This document shows positions 14,001 to 27,464 of a DNA stretch of 64,000 nt, piece by piece. The stretch is from Lingula anatina (taxonomy: Eukaryota; Animalia; Brachiopoda). The stretch's first letter is position 1, and each line of letters starts with the position of its first letter. The position numbers and the translations under genes were made by a program. The notes below the pieces were generated by a model. That model did not search any database. It was given only the letters and a program-made list of their open reading frames with translations, and had not been told where the DNA came from. The stretch is from contig CM120646.1 in the NCBI GenBank assembly GCA_051362555.1, positions 17,546,001-17,610,000 on the forward strand, in the 5' to 3' direction.

Positions 14001-17000
14001 AATAACAGATTCACATATTGGACCCCCTGTACCCCAAATACTCACTGGTATTAATTTTAATACTTTAAAGGAAATAAAAACAACTCACCTTTGTACCATA
14101 AAGCAAACTTTATGTGCCACTGCAAGTGCTTGAGAAGAGCTGCCTTATATTTGACTGGCTTGAAATGTTCATTGGGACATACAGCGCAATGCAGCAAGTT
14201 ACATCGAGCATGCTCACCAGAGGGCAGCAACATGCAAGAATCATCTTCACAAGAAGCCACCAACTCATCCACAGACTTGACGATGCTTTTGTGTGGAAAT
14301 GCAATATGAAGAAGACTACCCTTTTTCAGCTCTAAAAAAAAGAAGCAGAAATGACTTTCAACAGCAAAAAATATGCCCAATTCATGACAGAAGAGCCAAG
14401 AGGTGCAGTTCTTAATTGCAGCCTCCCCTCTTGTGAAGGATTTGTCTCAACTGGCCAAGTACTGTACTTGTCAGTGAGTCATGCTTCAAAGAATATCTAT
14501 CATTTGAAGTAAGACTTGCTCATAAATATATTTCATCAGATTGTACAGCTATTGAGGTATGAACTTGGGATGGATGCTCCATCATAAAATATTGGGACAG
14601 TTCTCTTACAAATCTTTTTTTTCTACAAGCTAAATCTTATCAATAAGTTTAAATAACCTCTTTAACTTTTATTAAAAAGCTGTAAAATATGTCAGTTGTG
14701 TACCCCCTTAATTTCTCCTAATAAATAACTCAAGAGAAAACAAGTGAATATCAAATACCTGCAGATTTATCATCACTGGGCTCATCTGCCTCATCATTTT
14801 CTCCACCAGATGGTACTTCCACACTTCCATCAAGATGAGCCGGTTCCAAGTGCCCCAGCAGGTGGTCTATGAAGAGGTCTCTTTCAAGACAGGTGGCAGC
14901 ACACTCAGGACAGTGCCAGTGGAGGGAGGCCTTCTCACTGGGATTGGGATAGATATCCCCCAGCTGACAGCTCACAAGTTTCTTGTCTGCAATAGATTTT
15001 AATAGATATTCTGATTAAGTTAAATTTTCTAACAGTAAGGACAAATCAGGGACAAATTTCACAGCTTGAAAGGATTACTTTGAGCCGAAACCAGGGATCC
15101 TGGAAACAGATGCGATGGTAAGGGAGAATACATTTCTCTGTGCTCCTAAACTTTTCTTTAAAATAACAGTTTAAAGGTGGTATGAACACCTTGCTTTATT
15201 GTCAAGCATTCATCAGTGCATAAAATGGTAAGCATTGGCTGATGGTGGAGATGCCCGGCATGACATTTGACACAGCAATCCTCCTATGACCCCAAAGGTT
15301 AGGAAACTGTTTAATTAGCATCATACCAATTACTATAATAATAATAGTTCGGTGTTTAGCTAAAACTTATAATGATACAGTGAGGCAAGTAGAGTTCTAT
15401 GATTTCTAGCAACATAATGTACCTTTATAAGGAACAGAATTGTCCATGTGGCCACTGATATGCATGGAAAACTCCTCCATATTGACAGTTGGCTGGAATA
15501 CGGCCACTGGACACAGTGGGCAGTGGCGTCCACCACAGTCACAAAACTCGGGGTCGCAGATGCTAAGTCTAACCAAATCCTCCTGACCACTGACCATTGA
15601 GATGTGAGGGTGCTTGACTGAAGTGACCGTCCCCTTGGCCAAAGCTGAAATTACAACAACAACAGAGCTTAAATTCATGAAGAATCAGATTTTTCATTGA
15701 AAAAAAAAGCAGTTTTTTTCTGAATTAATAACTGAATGGCTGTTTATTTATCATTAAGTACAGTTTTACTGTATATCAGAAATGGACCAATTATGAACAC
15801 TTAACTTCAGTTTCGGTGATGGAATCGATATATATATACTGAATGGGAAAAGAACTAAGCTTTTTAACTCCTCTTACAAAAAATAAACAGCTTAATTGCT
15901 AATGTGTTAACATGAGTAAAATACAGATTTAGCTTTGAAAAGTTGATGCCAAATTGCTAGACATCTGACTGATACATGAAAATGAAAAGAACTTATTTTT
16001 CTGTCAAAATATTAAATACCCAATTGGATTTACAGAATGACAATTTCCTTATAAATCTTTCAATCTAGATACCTGCTATTTTTGTGTCTTCAGCTTCATC
16101 CATGTGTTCTTTTTCTTCTTCCTTCTCTTCTTCTAGTACTTCTTTTGCTTCTTCTTGTTCTGCCTCAGTGCTAATTCCTTTCCTTATCTTTTTTATACCT
16201 GAAACATATCAGCCCCTGGTCTATATACTTACAAGCACACTGAACTCAGAAATGAAACTTGAAACAGATGGTTCCAAATAAAACATATATCTGTAAATAG
16301 CACGTAGAATGGGTCATATATTCTCAGCTCAGATTAAGTGAACCTGAGACTACTGGATCCCTCTTTTCTCCCACCCCTACATTGTAACAATACTTACAAT
16401 TTTCTTAAAACCAAAAGACTTACTAGTATGCACCCTCAAAATTGGAAAAGGACAATGAAGGCTTGAAGCCCACAGAATATCTTATCATATGTTAAATAGT
16501 AAATTTAAGTGGTTGGAGAAAAATCAAAGATGAACATTTTGACCCCCTTTCATTTGTTGCTGTTACATGTATCATGAATTCACCATTTGCAAATTTTATC
16601 AAATCTTATGTGAAAGCAATCATGTTAATTTCTTTTTTTGCAGGTGACACTGAAAAATAATCAGTCACATAATGACACACAGTAACCAACCAAAAGACTA
16701 CATTTAACTGGTGCTACACACACATGCACATACATTTTATTCTTTCCAAGTGAACACAACTTGCTTACATTAAGAGAATATTACAACTCACTCATATTTA
16801 CTTAGGAAATGATCTGGTTCCTAAGAATCAGGTGAAAACAACCTTGAGAAAATAGTTTAAAAACTTACCATCTTCTGCTAGAGCATTGTAATCAATAGTC
16901 TTACGAGTTCTCGAAGACTTTCGTGGTACAAATTCTTCATCTACAGCCAAGTACTTTCGCTTCCTAGACATAGCACCTGAAAAAAAGGTTAGGAGAAGTC

Positions 17001-19492
17001 ACATGCTGATTTTATACTATCTAGAGTTTTTAATGAGCACTTTCATAATTGCTGATGTGAGGGGGGGGGGGGGAAGGCAAAGAATCATACACCAAAAGTA
17101 ACTAGAGGATCAGAGAGGTGATACCACCTCCGGATATTGTACCACCAGCTGGAGTAAATATGGAACCCCCCCCCCTTCAAAAAAAAAAAAAAAAATGCAA
17201 TCAACAAGAGTTCTCAAAATATGCAAAGAAATATAGCTAAAAATGGTACAATCAAGCAGATTTTTTAATTGACCTGCATTTTCCTAACATTGGTCACTCC
17301 TGTGATTCTCTAGAGACAATAGGCCTATTGGTTTTCCTTGAAATGTGTTGTCACTGTTGCATAATGTGCTGATATATTTTGAATGCTTTGGACTTTCTTT
17401 TTTCTTTCTATGCCGCATCCATAAAGCAAGGAGTTAAAGTTAATAAGTTAATATTATGGTTGTATAATCCCTTTCAGAGCAAAAATCTCCTAGTAATACT
17501 TGTACAGGAGAACACCTCCTTTGATTTAAGGATCTTTGCTCCAAAGGGACCATACTACCAGTGTTCTTATTCACCTAACTGAGAAACCAGTATCCTCCGC
17601 CCCTCTTTTTCTGGTGGTGCCTTGCCTTCATGCAGCACTGCAATGTGGTTGACAATCTGTGGCTTTGATGCCATCGTGTCTCCACATTCGGGACAGTGGA
17701 AGTGGCCACGTTTGAATGTCTTGCCTGTTCCAGGACAATCAAGTTTGCACTCACATATGATCAAACCTGTAAAAAAATGATAAAGCCTGCTAATATGAAA
17801 AAACATACAACCTGAAACATTACTGATGTTGCTTCTATACCTGAAACATTATGCTTAAAATGATAAAGCCTGCTAATATGAAAAAACATACAACCTGAAA
17901 CATTACTGATGTTGCTTCTATACCTGAAACATTATTCATACACTGAATTTTTATTACTCAGCACTCACATTAGATAGGGAAATTATATTTGAGACAAAGT
18001 AATTACAATTACAGTTTAACAACATGCCTGTTAAAGACTAAAAACCTTCCTTTCTAATAACTGTTTTTCCATTTCCACTGCCTTTAACCAGTTCTTACCT
18101 TTATACTTGTAGCTATGCCTGAAGTGCCAGCTCAGGTGTTTTAGAGTCTGTGTCTTGTTGGAAGGTTTGAAGTGTTCTAGTGTACACATTGGGCAGTGGT
18201 GTTTGTGACAGCCACAGGACCAGTCAGTGCACCCAGTCAGACGGGGACTCTCGTCACTCCGGAGGATGGAAACATGGGGCTGATGAAGAAGAAAAGTGAG
18301 TATGTTGATTACTCTATTAATTCAGAGTTGTGGGTCTGTAGACAAGGAGCAGGGTGTGTGGGGGGGGGGAGGTAATTAAGGTCAGACTAATCTACAAGCT
18401 AGGCTGTTGTAAAATCAGATATATGCTACATAAAGCCATGAATGGGTTTCTAAATGCCTGAGGTAGGTTAAATAATAATGTATAATTTTTTCATTTCACA
18501 AAACAACTTACTGTGCACACACAATTGTGTACACTGGAAGTTGCATGGTCAATGTGATAATTCAAAATTTCGCTTCAAGGCAGAAAACAATCTCTTACAT
18601 CCTTCTCGCATTCAGAAATCCATATACCAGTTGGCCAATTGACCTCATGATAGTGTGTATAAGAATTCGCAATGACATAAATGGTAGACAAGCAACTCTG
18701 TCTACAAAAAAACTGGTTGCTTTACAGGAGTGTGTGAGTTGAAGCTCTAGGTATATTTGTTAGGTAAAGATTTGAGAGAATCACAGTGGATGTGCAAGCT
18801 GGTTGTCACTTTACGTTTTTTTTTTCTGTTATCCTCCATGTGGTAGTACAGCAGTGTCCGATATGCAGGTGTTAATGGGGAGCGTCTCGATAGTCCGAAG
18901 GTTCATTGGTCCGAAAAACGGTAACATTTTCATCGGTTTTTTAATCAAGGGTTCATTGGTCCGAAGGTTCTATAGTGAATATTCGGACCAATGAACCTTC
19001 GGACTATTGAACCTTCGGACTATTGCTACGGCCCCATTTCAAACAAGCACTTGAACAAGTGGAGTTTTGATACAATTCCTTGGTGAGTACCACAGTAAGA
19101 AATGGAGGTTGGGGCACATAAAAATGTACATTCGGTAAAGACCTAACTGCGTTGCACAGATGAGAATATTAACATTACAAAAAAAAGTTTAAGTAAACTG
19201 AGCTAATGTGGCATCATGAAAATGAACGTCCATTGAAATATAACGCGGTTCACCATGTTCAATTTGGAATGTTATCATAACTAGAATACCGAGATTACTT
19301 TAACCAATAATTAATATAGGACTCCGTACTTTCGAAAGGTTTCATATTAAATATACGATTAAGTTGAAATCGCTTTCAAATTGTATTGGTGATAGATGTT
19401 AAATCAGTGCGATGACGACCGCCATTTTAGTCTGCTACAGAATAAAACCCCACCTGTTTAATTTGGTAATCCTCACTCTCCTCTTCTGCCAT
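5480..19492 (-). CDS. Large multi-exon zinc-finger protein: five repeated Cys/His double-finger modules, KH-like segment, acidic stretch, ~12 C2H2 fingers
   Basis: About 22 GT-AG exons. The first is 19492-19454 (MAEEESEDYQIKQ), then 18279-18099, 17766-17575 and others, down to 8981-8796, 8498-~7893, ~7726-7520, ~7122-6909, ~6423-6267 and ~5833-5480. Classical fingers with TGEKP-type linkers are present (HTGEKPHVCPHC, DKPFKCEVC). Stop TAG at 5480-5482. Confidence 0.85.
6020..6240. repeat. Degenerate ~60-bp intronic tandem repeat
   Basis: Recurring gctctgtgttcaggta.ttata...gtacacaca..ctac units, 3-4 copies. Confidence 0.55.
10276..10353. repeat. Two-copy ~39-bp tandem duplication
   Basis: caattcagaactacatattgttttacatattaattgta occurs twice in succession. 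Confidence 0.9.
17774..17935. repeat. Two-copy ~80-bp tandem duplication next to a splice acceptor
   Basis: aaaatgataaagcctgctaatatgaaaaaacatacaacctgaaacattactgatgttgcttctatacctgaaacattat occurs twice. Confidence 0.9.
18877..19035. mobile_element. Small MITE with internal inverted subrepeats (ISL2EU/PIF-like)
   Basis: AT|GGGG...CCCC|AT ends. Units ggttcattggtccgaa on the left are mirrored by ttcggaccaatgaacc / ttcggactattgaacc on the right. Confidence 0.6.
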
Positions 19493-20971
19493 CTTCCCTG
19501 AATATCGTCAGAGTGATCTACTTATGTTAGTGCTACAGTTTTTTCGTGTTCATCAATTCGTAAAAATACCTAGTATGCAAAATTTCGCGCTGAAACTTTG
19601 CACTATGTTACAAGCGCGAGGAAGGTCTTAGGTCTTCCTCACGCGCAAATAAGCTATATATAAAATTAAGATTGGGTAACTATAACGCCCTATGAAAATA
19701 ATAAATGGTTTTAGACTTGTAAAAGTTACATTTGCTTTAAAATTACGTAAAATGCTTATGATTTTACAAAAATGTAAATGAAATATGATAAATTTCACTT
19801 GTATACTTTATCATTCAATGAGCGATTTATTATTTGATGGTTCCGCATTGCGGTAAAATGACACAATTATGTGCAGCCCGGTATTCTCATGAAAGATAGC
19901 AGCTCATAGCCTATCACAGCTGGCGAACCTTAAAATACAGCACACCCTTATAAAAAAATAATTTAAGGTTTGGGGGTATTTTGGCGGGGTTCATATGGTC
20001 AGACTTTATGTTCTAATGTAGCTTCTTGTTATAGCTTTATAGGCATTCAGAATACAACCGAGAATAGAAGCATAGGCCTACATATATAAGTCTGCAACTA
20101 GGCTTACAGCTGATCTAAATTTCAGTTCCTGTCCATTACAAATATTGGCACTACTATATAGCCTATACTTCTTTTTCAAAGCTAAGTATCTCCTTATCTT
20201 AAAATAGATAATTCCCTTATTTCCCAACCATTTGCATGTGGATGTTGTTAAATTCATAGTAAGACTGGTAGCCTAGGCCTAAAGTGCAGGTGATGGCTTC
20301 AAAACTGTCGCGCACACAACTGTGGCAACAGGTGAAAAAATATTGCCTATCGCATTATGCCGGTGTCACGAAACTGAAGGTCCGTGGGACAGAAAGTCCG
20401 CCCTCCATATAGTAATAATGATAAGGGTCCGACCTTCAGCCCACCAAATACCTCGACGCCCTTGTCGACCCTTTTTTCGCTACAGAAAAACCTGGTAGCC
20501 TATGTGCTGCTTTGTACAGAATGTCACTGAAATTTTTCGGGCAATTGTAAAAAGGTGATATCTCCATGCCTAATATCAATGGCATACCAATCCAAAACGA
20601 CGGCACCAGTTCTCTTTATGACTTTAATTGTCGTGTAATTTGAAAGTAATCCTAGAGATGAATTTGACGGCAAAGCGGCCACATTTCCACGTGGCGATAA
20701 TACGCATGCGAAGAAAGCTCATTTCGTTTGCGACAACCGACTTCGTTGGGGGCTGGGGGGGGGGGGATTTTTTTTTTTTCGGAGAACGGGCGAAAATCGG
20801 TGCGCGCGCAGGATGTCATCCATAAAAATAAAAAAGTGTGGCCTTATTTAGGGCCCTATAATAGGGGTAGCCTACGTAGGGCCTACGTTCCTTTTGTGTT
20901 TTAACATACACCATTCCCACAGGCCTGTGATACAATCTGAGAATGTGTAACTGTGGGTGTAGACCTAGACA

Positions 20972-21205
20972 ACATTCCCATAGACACCATCGGCCTACGT
21001 AGATCGATCCAACTCTGCGGGGATTCTCGCTGAGTGCAATCAGCTTAACTGAATGACCCGCCTTCTCTTAATTGTTTCCAGCGTACTAGTATAGCCTAAT
21101 CACCAGCTTTTGTGTCAGGAGGAGGCGTCATTCATTTAAGCTGATTGCACTCAGCGAGAGTCCCCACAGTGTTGGATACGCAGACTGATTTGTCTATGGG
21201 AATGG
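20972..21205. mobile_element. Fold-back MITE-like element (long imperfect inverted repeat)
   Basis: Arm cattcccatagaca...tctcgctgagtgcaatcagcttaa.tgaatgac (~20972-21060) is the reverse complement of gtcattcatttaagctgattgcactcagcgaga...tgtctatgggaatg (~21127-21205). Confidence 0.65.
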
Positions 21206-22592
21206 GGCCCTTGATGGCGATGTCACAAACTCTTAAATAATTTCTTTTCAAACCATTTTCAACTTCCTGCTCTTCTAATGGGTTTTGAAGACGGGGGTTT
21301 CCCAAATCTTGAAAGTAATTGGCACTTTGCCTAGATAAATTTGTTTTCGTTTCGGTTAAAAGGCCTGCCATTGATGGGAGGCCCTATAGCTACTTTGTTA
21401 ATCTACTTCAACCAGGAATCATTTTACAAGTTTGTATATATTTTCTTGTTTTGTATTCACCGTCACACTGAACTTAAGTAAGACGGCATCAGTGCCTTAA
21501 AAGATCAACACGCACATTTAAGTGGTGATTAAAAATGAGGGAGACCCAGCCAAGTTTATTATTTTAGACATTTCACACGCCCCGTTCTTTTTCAATAGGC
21601 GGTTATTCCCCCGACGGCTCAGTTGCAAACATTGACAATAAAATTGTCTTTGTTTTGATTGACAGGTAGGCCTATATTGCGAAAGCCACTGCGGTTTGGG
21701 GAGTATTTTACACTCATAACCTGTTTCAAGGTTAGGGGATATTTTTGAGCCTAAATATTTTTTCGACGTCTGACTTCCCGTAGAGGGTGATGGAGACAAG
21801 GCAAATCAAGATGAATATCTAGACTATTGACCAGTCTCCAGGTTTATTAAACAGTAAATAATATGATTCGGTGAGAAGGTGAGAATTAAGCATTTAAAAT
21901 GCAAATATTGTGGGTATTTTGGCAATAAATACTTAGATACGTGAGAGAGAAAAAAAGCCAGCGCCAGAGTATCTATTACTCTATACAAAGTGGGAACAAA
22001 TAAGGCTGTGATGGTTAAAATATACCATTTATTGACAAATACTGGGTTTACCTTAAAAGCCTTCTGTCAAAACAACTGTGTAATAATGTGTACGTGTTTT
22101 GTATTTGTGCACTTGACTTTGACGACATAGATCACTGACACTTTTCTCTTCACTTCAATCGTCTTGACACACGTTTGTTCTCATTCCCGATTACGAACAA
22201 TAGGGATATTAAAAAGAGAAAAAAACATTTTAGCTCAAGCAAGCTGCCTTTTATGAATTTGTATACTGCGATACTACAGACCAGAGATAATCGTAATGCG
22301 GCTGTTTACAAACCGGACATAGGCCTATATTTTTCTTTCTATTAAAGCATTGAAAACAGAGGGTATTTTCGAAACTTATAAACATGGCAACCTGCCAGAA
22401 AAAAACGTAAATGTTTTGATTAATAATCCGGTGAGGTGCAAAACTTCCTGCAATCGGGGATTATTTCACGTGAGTAATCGATTTTCAGTGATGGAGAATG
22501 TCACGAGTGTAAATTTGGCTGCAGTTCAGGCTATCTGCATCTATTTCTGTAAAAGCGTTCACTGAAATGATGTTCTGGTTCCAGTTACAGAG

Positions 22593-23072
22593 TCATAGTC
22601 CTAATGGGGCGAGGATCACAAGCACAATAATTCCTACTATAACTGGGATAGCAATGGTACGACATCCCCATTTAGCAAATCTGACGCGTTTGAACAACCC
22701 CTTCTTCTTTCTGGCTGGTTTATCTTGGGCATCGTCTGATATCAGTGGCGAGTTTGAATTTTCTGAGCTGTTTCTGTTGCGTTTGGGTCTCTTCTGAAGC
22801 CTTTTCGACTCTTTCGCCGGGTTTTCGCTGTCAATTTTCCCGTGCCCGTTCGTGTCGGCGTCCGTGTTGGAAGTGGAAGGCGAAAATTCGCCAATTGCTG
22901 CCATACCTCCAACTAAAAGCACAACAGGGTTTACCCCTCTGTCGGCATACTTGCGTCTTAAATGAGGATCGTTTACGCGACCACCTCTTTTTGCATATCG
23001 CCTTTCTTCGTCTTCTGCTTTACGTGATTCCCAGTCATCGCGACGGTCTCGACTTTCCCGCCTGCATGCCAT
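22593..23072 (-). CDS. Uncharacterised tail-anchored membrane protein, paralogue 1 (159 aa)
   Basis: Intronless ORF. Shares D.E.R.A.RG...V.DP.L.R.Y...G.N, SENS..PL and KK..FKR.R motifs and a C-terminal TM helix with the ORFs at 26952 and 29269. Confidence 0.8.
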   Translation of the reverse strand: MACRRESRDRRDDWESRKAEDEERRYAKRGGRVNDPHLRRKYADRGVNPVVLLVGGMAAIGEFSPSTSNTDADTNGHGKIDSENPAKESKRLQKRPKRNRNSSENSNSPLISDDAQDKPARKKKGLFKRVRFAKWGCRTIAIPVIVGIIVLVILAPLGL

Positions 23073-23759
23073 GGAGCGCTGGTATTGGAATACTGGATTT
23101 ACATATATATCAAACTTTCAGCAAATCCTCAGCTTTGGGAATGAATTCGTTTCTAGGACTTAATCTGGAAATATGAAATATATAATAAATGTCATTTCCC
23201 TTAAAGATTAAACCACGACCAAGATATCTGATAATATCAGTTGGCGCTCACCAATTTGTCTCTTAAACGAAAACAAAATCTTAGATTTTCGTATTCTTCA
23301 GTAATTTTTGCGAACATCCGCCGCACGTTTTTGTGTGTTCTTATGTGCGAGAGAGAGAGAGAAAGAGGGAGAGAGAGTTCAGAAGAAGATGATCCGTGGA
23401 CTAGTAATACATGTACCAACTAACCCCTTGATGTTTACCTCGCCTGCACACGCGCAGTCCCTGCAGGGGCCTAGAAATTAAACTTCGGAGCCGAGATTCA
23501 ATTCGTCTAATGGCACGTGTGATGAGCATTAAAGAATTAGGGGGCTTCCTTTTAAGTGAGGTCGGCCATTTTAAGTCTGCGGATCTGTTAGTCATCGGAT
23601 CATCTTGTTCTGAATGCTTTCAGAGAGAATAAATTACATGTTTACTGTAAAAACTTACGTAAACTGGGGCCGCTGTACTGGACGAACACTGTTCCCCTGT
23701 CTAGCAAAGCAATTGCTATTAGTGAAGTAATATATGGTGGTCACCAATCAGACACTCAA

Positions 23760-25095
23760 TAATAAATTAAAATATAAAAAATCAATCGGTGTTATGTACA
23801 GGTACTACAAAAGGAATAACCAATCACTTTTGTTGACAGCTGATCTGGCGACGTGCCAAGGAAAGGTTAAACTCCTAATGGCAGTTTTGGCACACACTCA
23901 TAAAGTAAGCTTAAAATTACGTGAAGGGTTATCAAGGCACGTCACCATGCTACAAACTGAAAGTAATCGATTGTGTCGTTATATATATGTCTTATAAGCA
24001 ATTAAGACCATACGAAGTAATATTAAGATTGAAATATTGCATTTTTCCACTTCCTAGCATCATAACATCATTACAGCCGTCCAAAATGTGTTTAAGCAAA
24101 TAATTTTCTACCTAGTCTTTATTCAATATCACTTCCCAGTCGGTGCCTAGATGTATATTCCAAGAATAGTTATTTTTATCCAGGTTTAATAAGATGTGAA
24201 CATTATTTTTCAGTGGGTACTAACACCATAATTTGTGAACTTCAAAATGAAATTCTTTAAAAGCATGTTTTAGGAACAGGCATCTTTGTTTGGTCCGCTG
24301 TATAATGCTAGCAGATTTCTGTCGGTCTAATTTGACTCCCGGGGGAAGGGGTGGGGTGAGGGAGAGAAAGGGGGTACGGGGGGGTGGGGGTGCGCAAAAT
24401 GAATTCCATACCGCATTATGTTGAGTCCGTGTCTTGTGGACTGCTCGCTAAGACGATTCTCTCATTCTCATCTAAGTTCCCTTTTCTCATACACGTGTAA
24501 CATGCACTAATAACAACAATTCAAAATATAAGAAAAAAAATAAATCGGGTTTTATATAAGCACTACAAGGGGTATCACCAATGACTTTTGTTGACAACTG
24601 ATCTGGCGACCAGCCATGAAAATATTAGATTTCTAATGGAGGTTTTTGCACACATTCGTTAAGTCAGCATACAATCACGTGAACGGGTTATCAAGGTACG
24701 TCACCATACTTCAAACAGAAAGTTATCAACTGCGTCGTAATTTTTATGTTTTATAGTCAATAAAGACCATACGAAGTAAGTATAAGATTGAAATATTTCA
24801 TTTTTCACCTTCCAAGCATCGTTACATCATAACAGCCGTCCGAAATTCAGTTAGATAAATATAATCCTCCACCTAGTCTTTACTCAAATATCACTTCCCA
24901 GTCGGTGCCTAGATGTATATTCCAAGAATGATTATTTTTATCCAGGTTTAATCAGCTGTGAACAGTTTTTTCAGTGGGTACTAACATCATAATTTGTGAA
25001 ATTCAAAATTAAATTTCTTAAAAACATCGTTATTGTATAAGGAACTCGTGCCTCAAATAGATTGCTCTAGCAATCTGAACATTGTTTGATCCGCT
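23760..25095. repeat. Diverged ~530-bp non-coding direct duplication (copies ~23760-24300 and ~24515-25095)
   Basis: Collinear similarity along both copies, including an identical core aatatcacttcccagtcggtgcctagatgtatattccaagaat. Confidence 0.85.
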
Positions 25096-25925
25096 TTTTA
25101 AGTGTTACGTTGTTAAGGGGGCGTCAATAAATGTTAAGCAATTTATCGTTCAAATAAATATAGAACGGTGATTTGAATATCACCGAGAACAACAACAACA
25201 AAAATCTTCGTATCCCACACCAATATAATTTAAAAATAAACATTTTATTACCCCTTGTGCATTTTGTTTTGTACCCTTAATTTCACTGTCGCAAGTAAAC
25301 TTGACGTCGAGTAGAATACAGAAAAGCTGGTGATTGTAAGTTGGAAACAAAAGGAGGCGTGTTAATCAGTAAACAATAACCAATAATGATCTAGGATCCA
25401 TAGTAATGATTAGGCTACTCATTTTAAGATACATAAATTCCAGTTATCTAAAATTACTTAAACAGCTTTATTCGAAAGCAGTGAAACGTGTTAAGTATTA
25501 AAATATGTTGCCTTCTCGAAATACAAAATAACCTAGCTGCGTCCTATTATCTTTTTTTACAAGGCTATCGCAAAAGCTATAATCATGATTCACAATAAAA
25601 AAAAAAAAAAAAACGACAATGAGGAAAATAGGAAACGGTAAATTCCCATCCGCAAATTATAATTTGGGAAAAGCTTAGTTTCGAAACCAATAAACATATT
25701 CCATTTCTAAAATTAGGCTGGGAAAATTATACGGGTAAAGCCAAGGCTGAATATAATACCTTGACTAGACAAATATTTTCTTTAAGGTCGTAGACACACT
25801 AGTGAACACATTCAACACTTAGCGCAGCGGCAAGGTGTGACAACAAGGCTTAATCCAAGGTTAGTGAAGTTTACTAATTTCATCTCAGCACCTTTAAAAC
25901 ATTTGAGACCACACTGTTAAAAGAT

Positions 25926-25963
<38 letters not shown>

Positions 25964-26951
25964 GCACTAGAGCCCATTTTGTGCAGGTAGGCTGTGTTCA
26001 TAGCATGGAAGGTTATGTCCCACGGTTGCCATGCCCCCCCCCCTTTTCCCCGGCGGCAAAGAGATCGTGAGCACCATTTTGTCAGTCGGGAGGTAAGGCA
26101 GTCTTGTGAAGGTCTGGAGAAAAACCTCAATAGCAACGTGTTTTAGGTTTTAAAAAATTAGGTAAAAAAAATATTGGAAAAAGAACACGTTATGCAGCTT
26201 AAGGCGTTCAAAGCGTTTTTTTTTTTAATTTTTTGTCTGCTCCGAACTACGTATACTCTTGACCAACTCTGGCAGCGCTTGGTCAAGAGGACTAGAACTG
26301 AATGCACCATTTGTAACTTAACAGTATGACGCCGCTGTTACAATGAACATGTATCTGTTCGCTGTTTACGTTTTTACATTAAGTGCACGTGGTTTTGCGT
26401 ACTTGCAGCTTAAACGGGGGGGGGGGGGGGGGGGGGGGGGGTTATTAAATCTACTCTTATATGAGGATAATTTTCAACCTGAAACTGTCATAATTTCATA
26501 ACAAGATAAGGCACCTTTATGGATAACTTGTGACTTATATTTTAAAGAAGTGCTGATATCGATAGGCCTACCTTATTGTGCAGTCGTTACTAAAAGTACA
26601 AATAGTAGTGTAGTGTATATCTATACGACGTCAAGATTTGACTTTTCCTCTTTTAGTTGCTCGTGAAATAATTGTAATCATTGAAAGAAGTCTATGAGCA
26701 TAAGAAAATACATTATTAAGCATATAATGAATAACAGTTACCCTTTAATTGTACTAAAAATCGAAAAAGGCGTATCTGAGACAAGTGTGACACTAACGAG
26801 TTGTAAGTAGTACCGACGTCTTTCCGCCTTCTCAAAGGATATAAAAAAGCTACTTAAGGTTCATTATAAAGTAGTGTATTTTAATCTGATTTATACTGAT
26901 ATGAACTCTTCTGTCACTTCAGACAATAATTAGGCTGTCTCCCCGTCCACC

Positions 26952-27464
26952 ATGAGTCGTGCTGGTGATGGTGGTTGGTCCGAGCGCATGGCAAAGGACG
27001 CAGAGTTGAGGGCGGCAAAACGCGGAAACTGGGGGGAAGTGGACGACCCAAGCCTCATCAGGCGCTATGGGGACCGAGGACCTAATCCCTTCGGCATAAT
27101 CGTCGGTGGCCTGGTTGCTCGAAGCGTCGCTAAGAGTGCGGCTACGGAGACCCATCTCACCGTATCTGCTCTCGCCAGTGAAGAGAACGGTAGTGATGTG
27201 TTTGAAGCTCCTGACGTCACCGCATGCGCACGCTGCGTAGGTGATCGCTCGCAAAATGATTACACAGAAAACAAACGGGGCAGGACCGACTCGGAGAACT
27301 CGACAACGCCTTTGGTTGCTGATGACACAACCGATCGTGTTCCCCTTAAAAAGAAAAGGCGATTTTTTAAGAGACCACGTTTTAACATCATCTGTTCTTC
27401 TCTCGGGGGTATTGTGGCGCTCGCGTTTGTCGGAGCACTCCTCTTGGCCTTTTTGTTGATTTGA
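26952..27464 (+). CDS. Uncharacterised tail-anchored membrane protein, paralogue 2 (170 aa)
   Basis: Intronless ORF with ccaccATG Kozak context and a TATAAA about 110 bp upstream. Same motif order and C-terminal TM as the other two paralogues. Confidence 0.8.
   Translation: MSRAGDGGWSERMAKDAELRAAKRGNWGEVDDPSLIRRYGDRGPNPFGIIVGGLVARSVAKSAATETHLTVSALASEENGSDVFEAPDVTACARCVGDRSQNDYTENKRGRTDSENSTTPLVADDTTDRVPLKKKRRFFKRPRFNIICSSLGGIVALAFVGALLLAFLLI

Noticed and set aside
18877-19035. Short repeated 16-mers resembling a CRISPR array
   Set aside because: The repeats are inverted between halves, lack unique spacers and sit in a eukaryotic intron; a MITE fits better.
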